Shown one piece after another: positions 1 to 11,446 of a stretch of 64,000 nucleotides of DNA; position 1 is the first letter of the stretch; every line of letters begins with the position of its first letter. A model generated the notes under the pieces. It was not told the DNA's origin and searched no databases. It was given only the letters and a program-made list of their open reading frames with translations. Source of the DNA: an uncultured Verrucomicrobiae bacterium. GTDB taxonomy: Bacteria; Verrucomicrobiota; Verrucomicrobiia; Limisphaerales; JAFGQR01. The translations under genes and the position numbers were made by a program. Where the stretch lies: positions 1 through 64,000 of the forward strand of contig CAWBHS010000027.1 in the NCBI GenBank assembly GCA_963788655.1, read 5' to 3'.

Positions 1-1113
1 AAGGATCCGCACCAGTTGATCGAGGGCATGATCATCTCCTGTTTCGCGAACGACGTGCATCTCGCCTACATCTACATCCGCGGCGAAATGCCCGAAGGCG
101 CGAAGAATATTGAACCAGCGCCATTGCCGAAGCGCAAGGCAAAGAACTTTCTCGGCAAGAACATTCTCGGCACCGGCTACGATCTGGAGATTCACGTCCA
201 TCGCGGCGCCGGCGCTTACATTTGCGGCGAGGAAACCGGCCTGATCGAATCGCTCGAAGGCAAGCGCCCCTATCCGCGCATCAAGCCGCCCTATTTCCCG
301 GCGGTGCTCGGGCTCTACATGTGCCCGACCATCGTCAACAACGTCGAGACGCTGTGCGACGTGAAGCACATCGTCGCGATGGGCGGCGCGGAATACGCCA
401 AGCTCGGCACGCCGAACAACACCGGCACGCGCATCGTCAGCCTCAGCGGCCAGGTGCAAGAAGCCCGGCTATTACGAAATCGAAGTCGGCAAGGTGACGA
501 TTCGGCGAATTGATCTATCGATCCGGCGTTCGGCGGCGGGTTGCGCGACGGCCGCAAGCTGAAGGCGGTCATTCCCGGCGGTTCGTCGGCGAAAGTTTTC
601 AAGGCCGGCGAGAAATTCAAACTCAAGCGCAAGGGCGTGGACGGCAAGGACGTCGAGCAGGAGGTGGACATGCTCGATTTGCCCTACGATTTCGATTCGC
701 TGATCGCAGGCCGGCATCGATGTCGGTTCCGAGCGCGATCATCGTGCATGGACGATTCCACGGACATCGTCGAGGCGCTGGCGAACATCAGCGAGTTTTA
801 CGCGCACGAAAGCTGCGGCCAATGCACGCCCTGCCGCGAAGGTTCGCTCTGGATGAGCAAGGCGCTGCATCGCCTGGCGCACGGCGAAGGCCGCGCGCAA
901 GACGCGGATTATCTGCTGAAGATCGCCGACAACATTCCCGGCGGCCGCACGATTTGCGCGTTCGGCGAAGCCTGTTCCTGGCCGGTGCAGAGTTTCGTGG
1001 CCAAGTTCAAAGACGAATTCGTCGCCAAAGGCAAGGCCGACGAAGAGCGGCGCGCCGCTGCCGGTGCGGGGCCGTCGGGCGAGATGAAGATTGCCGCCAG
1101 TCCGCAAGTGTGA
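1..1113 (+). CDS. nuoF: NADH-quinone oxidoreductase subunit F (5' truncated by window edge, several frameshifts)
   Basis: ORFs 16..513 and 541..1113 carry GAGAYICGEETGLIESLEGK (FMN/NADH site) and HESCGQCTPCREG...TICAF (4Fe-4S) motifs. Confidence 0.95.
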
Positions 1114-1126
1114 TTGGGTCTTGCTC

Positions 1127-1851
1127 ATGGTTAGCGCGACATTGAACCATTCCAAACCCCGCCGCCGAAGCGGCTCCGTTCCAACCGGGCGGCAGAACCT
1201 GGTGCCGTTGCTGGATAACGGTTTCCGGTTGGCGCAACCTGAATTTCATCGTCGTTACGAACTCATGCCGGAAGTCAAAAGGGCGGAGTTGATCGAGGGA
1301 ATTGTGTTTATGAGTTCACCCGTAAGCTTTGTGCATGCCCGCGCAACCCAGGCCGTGCATACTTGGATTGGAACTTATGCGGTGGCGACTCCCGGCGCCG
1401 AAGCTGTGGATAACGCGACGCTAATTCTCGATCCGGACAATGAATTTCAGCCGGACATCATGCTGCGTCTCGACGAGGCCCACGGGGGCAAGAGTCGCTT
1501 GGTGGACAAATACCTTCACGGTGCCCCTGAATTAATCATCGAAGTCGCCTTGACCAGCGTGGCCCAGGACCTGCACGGCAAGTTCAATGTGTACCGTCGT
1601 CTGGGCGTGCCCGAATACCTGGTCTGGCAATTGGAACAGCAGCGGATGGACTGGTTTATTTGCAGGAAGGTGAATATCGTCCAATGGCGCCCACCGCGCA
1701 TGGTATGCAGCGGAGCCGGGTGTTTCCAGGATTATGGTTGGACACCCAAGCCATGTTGGCCGGGGATTTGAAAGCCGTGTTGCGCCGGCTGCAAAAAGGA
1801 ATTGCCAGCACCGAGCATCGCCGCTTCGCGAAAGAATTAGGTTCCCAATAG
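1127..1851 (+). CDS. Uma2 family (PD-(D/E)xK-like) putative endonuclease, frameshift near 1660
   Basis: KRAELIEGIVFM, EFQPD, GAPELIIEVA, KFNVYRRLGVPEYLVW; C-terminus SRVFPGLWLD continues in ORF 1660..1851. Confidence 0.9.
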
Positions 1852-1855
1852 CATC

Positions 1856-3598
1856 ATGGCAAATCCGGCTTCTGCTTCATCGACCGTTCCGCCTCCCGTG
1901 GACACCGTCACCGTCAAGGTGGACGGCCAGACGGTGGTGGTGCCCAAAACGCGCCCCGATCCGCTGACCGGCAAGCCGGTGCCCACGACCATGATCCAGG
2001 CCTGCGAGGTGGCGCAGGTGGACGTGCCGCATTACTGCTATCATCCCAAGCTGCCGGTCGCCGGCAATTGCCGCATGTGCCTGGTCGAGTTCGGCACGCC
2101 GGCGCTCGGTCCGGAACGCAAGCCGATCCTCAATCCGGACGGCACGCCGAAGATCGTCAAGGCGCCGCGCCCGGCCATCGCCTGCGCCACGCCGATTTCG
2201 CCGGGCATGGAGATTTACACGAACACGCCCGGCGTGAAGCAGATGCGCGAAGGCGTGCTGGAGTTTCTGCTGATCAATCATCCGCTCGATTGCCCGATCT
2301 GCGACCAGGCCGGCGAATGCAAGCTCCAGGAGTATTCGGTGGAATACGGCCAGTCCGCGAGCCGGTTTGTCGAGGCCAAGGTTCACAAGCCCAAGCGGTC
2401 GATCTCGGCCCGCGCATCGTGCTGGACGACGAGCGCTGCATTCTCTGCACGCGCTGCATCCGGTTCACGCGGGACATCGCGGGCGACGACGCGCTCGGGC
2501 ATCGTCAACCGCGGCAGCTACAACACGCTCACCGCGTATCCCGGCAAGCCGTTCGACAACAATTACACGCTCAACACGGTGGACATCTGCCCGGTCGGCG
2601 CGCTGACGTCGAAGGATTTCCGGTTCCAGATGCGCGTCTGGTTTCTCAAGGAAACCAAGAGCATCTGCACGAGCTGCGCCACGGGCTGCAACATCATCAT
2701 CGGTTCGCGCGAGGACAAGGTCTACCGCTACGAACCGCGCGAGAACGATGCGGTGAATGTCGACTTGGATGTGCGACTACGGGCCGGCTGAATTACAAAT
2801 GGATCAGCCGCGAAGACCGGCTTGAAGGAAGTCATCCGCCAACCCAAGCAAGGCGCCGGCCAAAAGACCACCTGGACCACTGCGCTCAACGAAATCACCG
2901 AACAAGCTGAAAAATGCGCCCACCGGCTCGGTGGCCATCATCGCCTCCGCGCGGCAGACCAACGAAGAACTGTACCTGCTCAAGAAACTGGCCTCCAAGC
3001 TCGGTGCGATCACCGATTCGGTGCCGCGCCACGGCGAGGCGGACGAGCTGCTGGTGTGCGCGGACCGGAATCCCAACAGCAACGGCGCGCGGCTGCTCGG
3101 GATTTGCTTCACCGAAATGGGCATCAACCTGCCCGAAGATCGCCGACGGCATCCGACAAGGGGCCATCAAGACGTTGATCGTGTTCGGCGAAGACGTGAC
3201 CCGCCCCAACATGGACGCGCAGTTCAGCGAAGACATCGCCGGGCAGGATCTCAGCGCGGAGTTGCTGGAGAAACTGGAATACTGATCGTCAGCGACATCC
3301 TGCCCAACGAAACCACGCGGCTGGCGCATTACCTCTTGCCCGGCTGCGCCCACGCCGAAAAGCGCGGCACGTTCACCAACACCAAAGGCCGGGTGCAGAA
3401 ATTCATGAAGGCCGTCGAGCCGCCCGGCGACGCCCGGCCGGAAAGGGAGTTTCTGCGCGAACTGGTCGCAACGTCACCGGCCAGGACGGTGCCCATGACC
3501 ATCGAAGGCTTGTTCAACCAGATGGCGCAGGAAGTCCCGGCGTTCACGGCTTGACCTGGGCGGCCTTGGGCGACACGGGCGTCACGGTTTTAATCTGA
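1856..3598 (+). CDS. nuoG: NADH-quinone oxidoreductase subunit G (short form, multiple frameshifts)
   Basis: HYCYHPKLPVAGNCRMCLVE, NHPLDCPICDQAGECKLQ, RCILCTRCIRF, DICPVGAL, CTSCATGC, AEKRGTFTN motifs across ORFs 1856..3554. Confidence 0.93.
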
Positions 3599-3607
3599 GA
3601 TTGCGCA

Positions 3608-4656
3608 ATGGATTGGAATTTCATTTTGTTTTCAGCGGTGAAGGTCATTGCGGCCTTTGCCGTGCTGATGTTCATCGTCGCCTACACCGTGTTGGTCGAG
3701 CGGCGGCTGTGCGCGGCCATCCAGGATCGCCTCGGTCCCAATCGCGTCGGCCCGTTCGGGCTGCTGCAACCGGCGGCGGATGCGGTCAAGGCGTTCCTGA
3801 AGGAGGACTTCACGCCCGCGCACGTGCGCAAAGTGTATTACTGGCTCGCGCCGGCGATCGTGATGATTCCGGCCATTCTGAACATCGCGGTGATTCCGTT
3901 CGGTCGCACTGGGCGACCAACGATGGTCATCGCCGATCTGAACGTCGGCATTCTCTACACGTTCGGCATCGTGTCGCTGGGCGTCTATGGCATCGTGCTG
4001 GCCGGTTATGCGGCCAACTCCAAGTATCCGTTCCTCGGCGGCATCCGCTCGAGCGCGCAGATGATTTCCTACGAAATCGCCATGGGCATGTCGGTGATGC
4101 CGTTGTTCATGTTGGTCGGCAGCCTGAACCTGAGCCAGGTGATCGCTTACCAGCAAGGCACCTTGAGCTGGCTGCCCGTGCTGCCAAATTGGCTGGTCTT
4201 TCAGAATCCCATGATGTTCCTGTCGTTTGTGATTTTCCTGGTCGCGTCGTTCGCGGAGACCAACCGGCTGCCGTTCGACATGCCCGAAGCCGAACAGGAA
4301 CTGGCCGGCGGTTACAACGTCGAATACAGCTCGATGAAGTTCGCGCTGTTCTTCATGGGCGAATACGCCAACATGATCCTGGCGTCGGCGATGATGGTGA
4401 CGCTGTTCTTCGGCGGCTGGACGTTGCCGTTGTTCGGCCTGGATCAACCGGCCGCCACGCTCTTGGCAAGGCATCGCCCAACATCGGCATTTTCCTGGCG
4501 AAGATGTTGTGCTTTCTGCTGATGTTCATCTGGGTGCGCTGGATGTGGCCGCGGTTCCGCTACGATCAATTGATGGATCTGGGCTGGGGCGGTTTCATTC
4601 CGCTGGCGCTGGCCAACATTGTGGTGACGGCGGTGTGGTTGTGGGTAAGAGCGTGA
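3608..4656 (+). CDS. nuoH: NADH-quinone oxidoreductase subunit H (frameshift near 3' end)
   Basis: QDRLGPNRVGPFGLLQP, AETNRLPFDMPEAEQEL, PRFRYDQLM. Confidence 0.96.
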
Positions 4657-4661
4657 ATGAA

Positions 4662-5241
4662 ATGATTGTCAAACGCCCCAATTTAACCTTCTGGGAACGG
4701 CTCTATCTCCCGGCGATTCTCGGCGGGTTCAAGGTCACGTTGCGGCATTTCTGCGGACTTTTCAAGCGGCCGGTGACCATGCAGTATCCCGAGGAGAAAT
4801 GGGTGGTGCCCGAAGGCTACCGCGGCGCGCCGTATCTGGTGAAAGACCAGGAAGGCCACACCAAATGCGTCTCCTGCCAGCTCTGCGAATTCGTCTGCCC
4901 GCCCAAGGCGATTCGAATCATTCCGCCCGGGCCGGAAGGTCGATCCGACCGCCGCCAACGTCGAGAAGAGGCCGAACGAATTCGAGATCAACATGCTGCG
5001 CTGCATCTTCTGCGGCTATTGCCAGGAGGTGTGTCCGGAGGAAGCGATCTTCCTGATGAAGGACTATTCGCTGACCGGCTCGAGCCGCGAGGAAATGATT
5101 TACAACAAAGAGAAACTGCTGGCCTTGGGCGGCACGCACCAGGACCGCATCCAGAAATGGAATCGGGCGGCGCGCGAAACCCGGGAGCAGGAGGCGTTTC
5201 CCGTGCAAACCGGCAGCCCGAAAGGAGAAGGCAAGGCGTGA
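4662..5241 (+). CDS. nuoI: NADH-quinone oxidoreductase subunit I (frameshift)
   Basis: TMQYPEE, CVSCQLCEFVCP and RCIFCGYCQEVCPEEAI ferredoxin motifs. Confidence 0.95.
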
Positions 5242-5296
5242 GCCGATTTTCCGACGCTGAGCGCGAGCGATTGCCGCTGGATTGGCGCGCGTCACC

Positions 5297-5497
5297 TTCC
5301 CCCTCACCCCGGCCCTCTCCCTGGGGGAGAGGGAGAATCGAACTCCGCTGGTTTGAAATGTTGGATGCGGTCGGTTCTTCGCGCGGCCTTTGTGCGAACC
5401 GGCAAGAAGCGGACATTGTCATTGGTTCTTACGAACAACTCGCAGCGGCTGCCTGCTGTTCCCTCTCCCTGAGGGAGAGGGTCAGGGTGAGGGGGAA
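5297..5497. repeat. Inverted pair of CCCTCACCCC..CCCTCTCCC..GGGAGAGGG REP-like palindromes (REPIN)
   Basis: ccctcaccccggccctctccctgggggagaggg at about 5301 and the inverted ccctctccctgagggagagggtcagggtgagggg at about 5461. Confidence 0.85.
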
Positions 5498-5591
5498 CCA
5501 GAGGCCCAAACGAGTGACCACTTCCGGATACAGGGAGACTTGCCGAGCCGAACGAATTCCGCAGCAAAGCTGGAGGTTTCGCCAAATCTTC

Positions 5592-5957
5592 ATGAACTGT
5601 CTGCTGCCTCTGCTGCTGGCCTTCGCGGTCGTAGGTTGCCGTACGGGCTACTCGCCCAGTTCGATGGTCACGCTCACCGCCACAGGCGATCCAGGGGTGT
5701 CCGTTCGCGTGGTTCCAAGTCCCGGCGATATGCCCGAGAAGGTCGCCACCGTTCCGGCAACATTGCAGTTCAACGGACGTAAATTCGACTTAACCTGCCT
5801 GCACGGCCCACAGTCGGGACGCTTGAGCCTCAGCATTCGACGTGACGGATTTAATTTATCGACCGGCGATACCACGGAACCGGATCAAGTGACCGTATTC
5901 GAGGTCCGCCCCAATTCCATCTCGGCCAAATCGCGGCCGCCTAAACCCAATCCCTGA
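5592..5957 (+). CDS. Putative lipoprotein of unknown function
   Basis: MNCLLPLLLAFAVVG-C lipobox-like signal; 3' part of ORF 4509..5957. Confidence 0.6.
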   Translation: MNCLLPLLLAFAVVGCRTGYSPSSMVTLTATGDPGVSVRVVPSPGDMPEKVATVPATLQFNGRKFDLTCLHGPQSGRLSLSIRRDGFNLSTGDTTEPDQVTVFEVRPNSISAKSRPPKPNP

Positions 5958-5983
5958 ATCGATTTTTCCATTTAACCCAATCA

Positions 5984-6172
5984 ATGACAGGTAGCCCTCC
6001 GCCTAAACCCAAATCCAAGCTCAACAAGTCCTGGCACCTCCAGCATCCGATGCCGCCCAGGGCCACTTTGGAGCAACGAATCGAGTGGCATCGAGAACAC
6101 GCACTCAAATGCGGTTGCCGCCCCATTCCTCCCCGTTTGCTCGACGAAATTGAGAAGCGCAAGCTTGCCTAA
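5984..6172 (+). CDS. Small hypothetical protein with His/Cys motif
   Basis: 62 aa, LNKSWHLQHPMP..TLEQRIEWHREHALKCGCRPIP; resembles a recurrent small bacterial protein. Confidence 0.6.
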   Translation: MTGSPPPKPKSKLNKSWHLQHPMPPRATLEQRIEWHREHALKCGCRPIPPRLLDEIEKRKLA

Positions 6173-6222
6173 AGCCCTTATGACCGCTGTAATCCCCGCG
6201 CGACCAGCAGTTGGATTCTGAA

Positions 6223-6726
6223 ATGCAGGATGTCTTGTTTTACATTTTTGCGGCGCTGACCGTGCTCTGCGGTTTCCTGGTGGTGGCGAATCCGTTCAGC
6301 CGTAACCCGGTCACCAGCGCCATGTTTCTCGTCCTGACCATCCTCTCGATGGCGGGGCTGTTCGTGTTGCTGCACGCGTTCTTCCTGGCCGCGGTGCAAA
6401 TCATCGTTTATGCGGGCGCGGTGATTGTGCTGTTCCTGTTTGTCATCATGCTGCTCGATCTGAAGGAGGAAGAACAGCGGATGGCTAACAAGACTGTCAC
6501 TGGCTTGGCCGTGCTGGCGGTGCTGGCGCTCGGCGGAATCTTTGCCAGGGCGCTGTTCAATTCAGAACTCGACGCCGGCTTGGCTGCTCCGACGTTGCAG
6601 GGCGATCCCAAGCTGCTGGGCCAAGCATTGTTCACGCAGTATCTCCTCCCCTTTGAAATCATCGCCGTGATGCTCCTGGTGGCCATGGTGGGCGTGCTAT
6701 TGCTCAGCAAAAAGGATTTGAAATGA
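6223..6726 (+). CDS. nuoJ: NADH-quinone oxidoreductase subunit J
   Basis: RNPVTSAMFL, QIIVYAGAVIVLFLFVIMLL, YLLPFE. Confidence 0.96.
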   Translation: MQDVLFYIFAALTVLCGFLVVANPFSRNPVTSAMFLVLTILSMAGLFVLLHAFFLAAVQIIVYAGAVIVLFLFVIMLLDLKEEEQRMANKTVTGLAVLAVLALGGIFARALFNSELDAGLAAPTLQGDPKLLGQALFTQYLLPFEIIAVMLLVAMVGVLLLSKKDLK

Positions 6727-6783
6727 GACGGCTTGAGCGACGCCAGAAATACTCGGAAGGGCAGTTGTTGGGAGGACGCTCCG

Positions 6784-6922
6784 TTCCCCCTCACCCCGGC
6801 CCTCTCCCTCGGGGAGAGGGAGAACCTCTTGCCGCGTGGATTGCCAATTCGGCACTGTCAATTGTGCCAGCCGCCCGATGGCTGTTCCCTCTCCCTGGGG
6901 GAGAGGGTCAGGGTGAGGGGAA
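6784..6922. repeat. REPIN, same family as 5297-5497
   Basis: ccctcaccccggccctctccctcggggagaggg ... ccctctccctgggggagagggtcagggtgagggg. Confidence 0.85.
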
Positions 6923-7060
6923 TGTGCGCGTTCGCCTTTCATCGAAGCGGCGCTATTCCCACTTCGGCTCACCTCGGCGCGCTTCCGACGCGGCGGCATG
7001 CTCTACCCGGGCCATCTCTTCGACCTTTCAACTTTTCAACCCATCACTCTTCACCTCCCC

Positions 7061-7366
7061 ATGAGCGTTGGCCTGGAACATTATCTGGTGGTCAGCGCGT
7101 TGCTGTTCGGCCTGGGATTGTTGGGCGTGATCCTGCGCCGCAACCTGATCCTGATGTATATGTCGCTCGAATTGATGCTCAACGCCGCCAACCTGGCGCT
7201 GGTGGCGTTTTCCCGTTACCACAACAACCTGAACGGCCAAGTGATGGTGTTCTTCATCATCACCGTGGCGGCCGCCGAAGTCTCCGTCGGCTTGGCGCTC
7301 ATTGTGGCGCTTTACCGCAAACGTCAGACAGCCCATGTGGAAGATCTGACTTCGATGAAATACTAA
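7061..7366 (+). CDS. nuoK: NADH-quinone oxidoreductase subunit K
   Basis: RRNLILMYMSLELMLNAANL, VAAAEVSVGLA. Confidence 0.97.
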   Translation: MSVGLEHYLVVSALLFGLGLLGVILRRNLILMYMSLELMLNAANLALVAFSRYHNNLNGQVMVFFIITVAAAEVSVGLALIVALYRKRQTAHVEDLTSMKY

Positions 7367-7369
7367 ACC

Positions 7370-9284
7370 ATGAGCAGCCTGCCCTGGATCATTCTCTTCC
7401 TGCCGCTGCTGGCCGCCGCGGGCATTACGCTGTTCACGCTCAAGGACCGGATGCTCAGCGCCCGGCTTTCTGTAGGGGCGATGGCGGTGGCGTTTGTGCT
7501 GAGTTTCGCCACCTTCCTGTTTTACCACAACGCCGCGCCTACTGAACTCAATGCCTCCTGGCTGGCGGTGGGGAGTTTGCACATCGATTTTGGCGTGCGA
7601 CTGGATCCGCTCAGCTTGTGGATGCTGCTCCTGGTCACCGGGGTCGCCCTGATGATTCACATTTATTCACTCGGCTATCATGCACGATGACCGCGGCTTC
7701 AGCCGGTACTTTGCCTGCCTGAGCTTCTTCACTTTTTCCATGCTGGGCATTGTGCTGGCCACCAATTTCATCCAGATGTTCATTTTCTGGGAACTGGTGG
7801 GCTTGTCGAGCTACCTGCTCATTGGCTTCTGGTACGAAAAGGAATCCGCGGCCGACGCCGGCAAGAAGGCCTTTCTAACCAACCGGCTGGGCGACTTTGG
7901 TTTCATGCTCGGCATCATCCTGATCTGGGCGACTTTGGGATCGCTCAACTTCGGTGAACTGGCCGACATCGTGCAAAACACTCCGGCGGCGCTCGGGGCC
8001 GTGGCGACGCTGGCGGGCTTGTTGATTTTCTGCGGCGCGGTGGGCAAGTCCGCCCAGTTCCCGTTGCACGTGTGGTTGCCGGACGCCATGGAAGGCCCGA
8101 CGCCGGTAAGCGCCTTGATCCATGCCGCGACGATGGTGGCGGCGGGCGTTTATATGCTGTGCCGGGTATTCTTCCTGTTCACCGCCGTGCCAGCCTGGCC
8201 GGAGGCAACGCCGGGTTGGTTGCAGGGCATTACGGCATCGGGATTCATTGGCTGGATTGGCGGCATCACCGCCGTGCTGGCCGCCTTGATGGCCGTTCAA
8301 CAAGACGACATCAAACGCATCCTGGCCTATTCGACCTTGTCGCAACTGGGTTACATGGTGATGGCCGTGGGTCTGAGCAGTCCGACGGCGGCGATGTATC
8401 ATCTCTCGACGCACGCGTTCTTCAAGGCCCTGCTGTTCCTCGGCGCCGGCTCGGTCATCATTGCGCTGCATCATGAACAGGATATTTGGCGCATGGGCGG
8501 CCTGCGCCAGAAAATGCCGGCCACGTTTTGGACATTTTTGCTGGCCACGCTGGCGCTCTGCGGGGTGCCGCCGTTCAGCGGCTTTTTCAGCAAGGACGAG
8601 ATCCTGGCCGCCGCTCTGGATCCGAACCACAGCAGCGTGGGTCTCTTCGTCGTGGGCGTGTTTGTCGCGTTTCTCACTGCCTTCTACATGACCCGATTGT
8701 TCCTGGTGGCGTTTGTGGGTACGGCCCGTTCCGACGCAGCTTCTCATGCGCAAGAAACTCAGAGCGTGATGAAATGGCCAATGATTGTCCTGGCGGTTCC
8801 GGCGACGCTCGCGGGTTTCTGGGGGATTCAGATCTACTTGGAACGGCAGTTCCATGCGGAGGAAGTAATGTCCAGTGGCGGTTGGTTGGCGAAGTTGTTC
8901 GCTCCGTTTGCGCACGCGCCGTTGGGCGCCCTGTTGGGCTTGATGGCTGTGGCGCTGGGTTTCTCCTTTGCCTACACGCTTTATGCCAAGGCGGCTACTG
9001 ATCCCTTGCCGGAAAAGCTGGTGGCGTTCTCCCGGGTAATGCGCAACCGGTTCTACTTCGACGAAGTATATGCGTTTTTCATCCGGATTACGCATGATGC
9101 ACTGGCGGGATTGGCGAACTGGATCGACCGCTGGCTGGTTGCCGGGTTGATGGTGCGCGGTACGCACGGCACGACTGAGTTGACGGGGCGGGCGTTGCGA
9201 ATGTTGCAAACGGGCAATTTGCAAACCTACGCGTTGTTGTTCTTGTTGGGGATCGTCGCGGTATTGTTGTTCGGACTAGGGTAG
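7370..9284 (+). CDS. nuoL: NADH-quinone oxidoreductase subunit L (frameshift near 7680)
   Basis: GKSAQFPLHVWLPDAMEGPTPVSALIHAATMV, THAFFKALLFL. Confidence 0.96.
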
Positions 9285-9330
9285 CGCCATGAGAGAACAT
9301 CAAAACATTCCAGGAACGAGATTCAAGACT

Positions 9331-9406
9331 GTAGCCGACGACGTAAGAAGGTGGATTCGCCGATGCACAGTGTCATGGAGGTCCGCCTCCTTACTTCGTC
9401 GGCCAC
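9331..9406. repeat. GTAG-type REP doublet
   Basis: gtagccgacgacgtaagaaggtgga ... tccgcctccttacttcgtcggccac imperfect inverted repeat. Confidence 0.7.
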
Positions 9407-9450
9407 TTGTTTTTGGGAATTTCGATCACGTTTCATCCCCTCACTAAGCC

Positions 9451-11039
9451 ATGCTTTCCGTCATCATCCTGTTGCCATTGGTCGTCGCGCTGCTGCTCTG
9501 TTGGGTGCCGCGCGAGATTCGGTTTGGCATTCGCCTGATCGCGCTGGCGGCCACCTTGCTCGACTTGTTGCTCGCCGGCGCATTGTTTCTGCGTTTCGAA
9601 ACCGGGCTTGCCGGATACCAATTCGTGCAAAATGTCTCCTGGGTGACCGCGTTGGGCATCAACTATCATGTCGGTGTGGACGGGGTGAACATCGGTCTGA
9701 TACTCATGGGCGCGGTGGTCGCCTTTGCCGCCACGTGTGTGTCGTGGGAAATCAAATCCCACGAGAAGGAATTCTATATCCTCCTGCTGGTCATGACCGG
9801 TGGCATCCTGGGCGCCTTCGCGTCACTGGACCTGTTCTTCTTCTATTTCTTCCACGAATTGGCGTTGGTGCCGACCTTTATCATGATTGGTGTCTGGGGC
9901 CGCGGGGAGGACAAGAATTACGCCACGTTCCAAATCACGCTTTACCTGAGCCTGGGCGCGCTCATCGCGTTGATTGGCTTGATCGCGCTCTACCTGCAAA
10001 TGCCGGTGGGACAACGTTCGTTCGATATGGAGACGCTGACGGCTTATTTCCAGGCCAATCCCATGCAGGCTTCCGCGCAGCATCTGATTTTTCCACTGTT
10101 GATGTTCGGCTTTGGCATTTTGGTGTCGCTGTGGCCGTTTCACACTTGGGCCCCGCTCGGCTACAGCGCGGCGCCAACGCCGACCGCGATGTTGCACGCC
10201 GGCGTGCTCAAGAAGTTCGGATTGTACGGCCTGATCCGCATCGCGTTGCCGTTGATGCCGCAGGGCGCGAAAGATTGGCTCGGCCTGCTCGCTGGTCTTG
10301 TGCCTGGGCAATATCCTGTATGTCGGTTGGGTGGCCATGCGGCAGCGCAACCTCAACCTGCTGATCGGTAATTCCAGCGTGGCGCACATGGGACTGGTCT
10401 TCCTTGGGATCGCCAGCCTGAGCTTGATCGGGGTGACCGGCGCGGTGCTGGTCATGGTGGCGCATGGCTTCCTGGCGGCGCTGACCTTCGGCCTGAGCGG
10501 CTACCTGTATCAGCAGACCGGCACTTTGGAAATGGACCGTCTTGGCGGACTGCTGCGCAAGTTGCCCTTCCTCGGCACGGCGATGATGATGGCGATGCTG
10601 GCCGGTTGCGGGGTGCCGGGTTTTGCGAACTTCGCCGGCGAAATCCTGGTGCTGTTCGGCACCTGGAAAGGCGCGTTGCTGGCCAGTCCGCAATGGTTTG
10701 TGGTGTTGGCCACCTGGGGCGCTTTGATCATTGGCGCGGTTTACATGCTGCGCGCCATTCGTCGGATCTTTCACGGTCCGCTTCGTCGAACTACCGACTT
10801 CCGCAGCCGATCCCAGCCTGTGGCGCAAGCTGCCGTTCGCGTTGTTGCTGACCGCGTTGCTGGTCTTCGGATGTTTTCCGCGCTTGTTGACCGACAAGAT
10901 CAAGCCGAGCGTCGCGGGGATCGTGAACCTGGCAACGACGACCAAGGCTGCGGTGGCGCAGGCTCAAGCCGAACCGAGTCAATCTATGTTGGCAAGGAAA
11001 TCATTGGCTTCCAGGGAAGCCGGGGATTTGAAACGATGA
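9451..11039 (+). CDS. nuoM: NADH-quinone oxidoreductase subunit M (two frameshifts)
   Basis: WPFHTWAPLGY, AGVLKKFGLYG, SSVAHMG, GVPGFANFAGE across ORFs 9451, 10298 and 10731. Confidence 0.94.
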
Positions 11040-11087
11040 ACGGCTTCAAGCTAATCCTATTTTCCCGCATTGAGCCCTTGAACCATT

Positions 11088-11334
11088 GTAGCAGCGGACG
11101 TGAGTCCGCTCTATCTGAATTCGAAAAGAGTCAGAGCAGACTCACATCCGCTGCTACGCGGTTCGTGGGGAGGGAGGACGTTCAACGCGTGGAAAAAATA
11201 CCGAACACCTTGCCAAGATCGCTCGGCAGTTTGCACGAGCGGCGCGACGGCGCCGAGGGCTTGCGCCCCAACCAAATCTTTGCGCGTGTTCGTTGGCTGT
11301 TCCCTCTCCTTGAGGGAGAGGGTCAGGGTGAGAG
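11088..11334. repeat. REP cluster: GTAG doublet (11088-11157) plus a single CCCTCTCC-type REP (11300-11334)
   Basis: gtagcagcggacgtgagtc...gactcacatccgctgctac; ccctctccttgagggagagggtcagggtgag. Confidence 0.75.
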
Positions 11335-11446
11335 CGAACAGGCCGTCCTGCCAATTATCTCCTCTCAAATATGCACTGACCTGCTGGAACTCGACAAGTC
11401 CTCCAGCATATCCGAAGGCTACGACAAACGGAAATGAAGTGCCCGC

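Noticed and set aside
4509..5957. 482-aa ORF suggesting a NuoI-lipoprotein fusion
   Set aside because: Created by a frameshift reading through a REPIN; nuoI ends at 5241 in another frame
1..11039. Apparent pseudogenisation or programmed frameshifting of nuo genes (also ribF, truB, degP, IS110)
   Set aside because: Single-base shifts are scattered through many essential genes with intact motifs; consensus sequencing error is the simplest explanation
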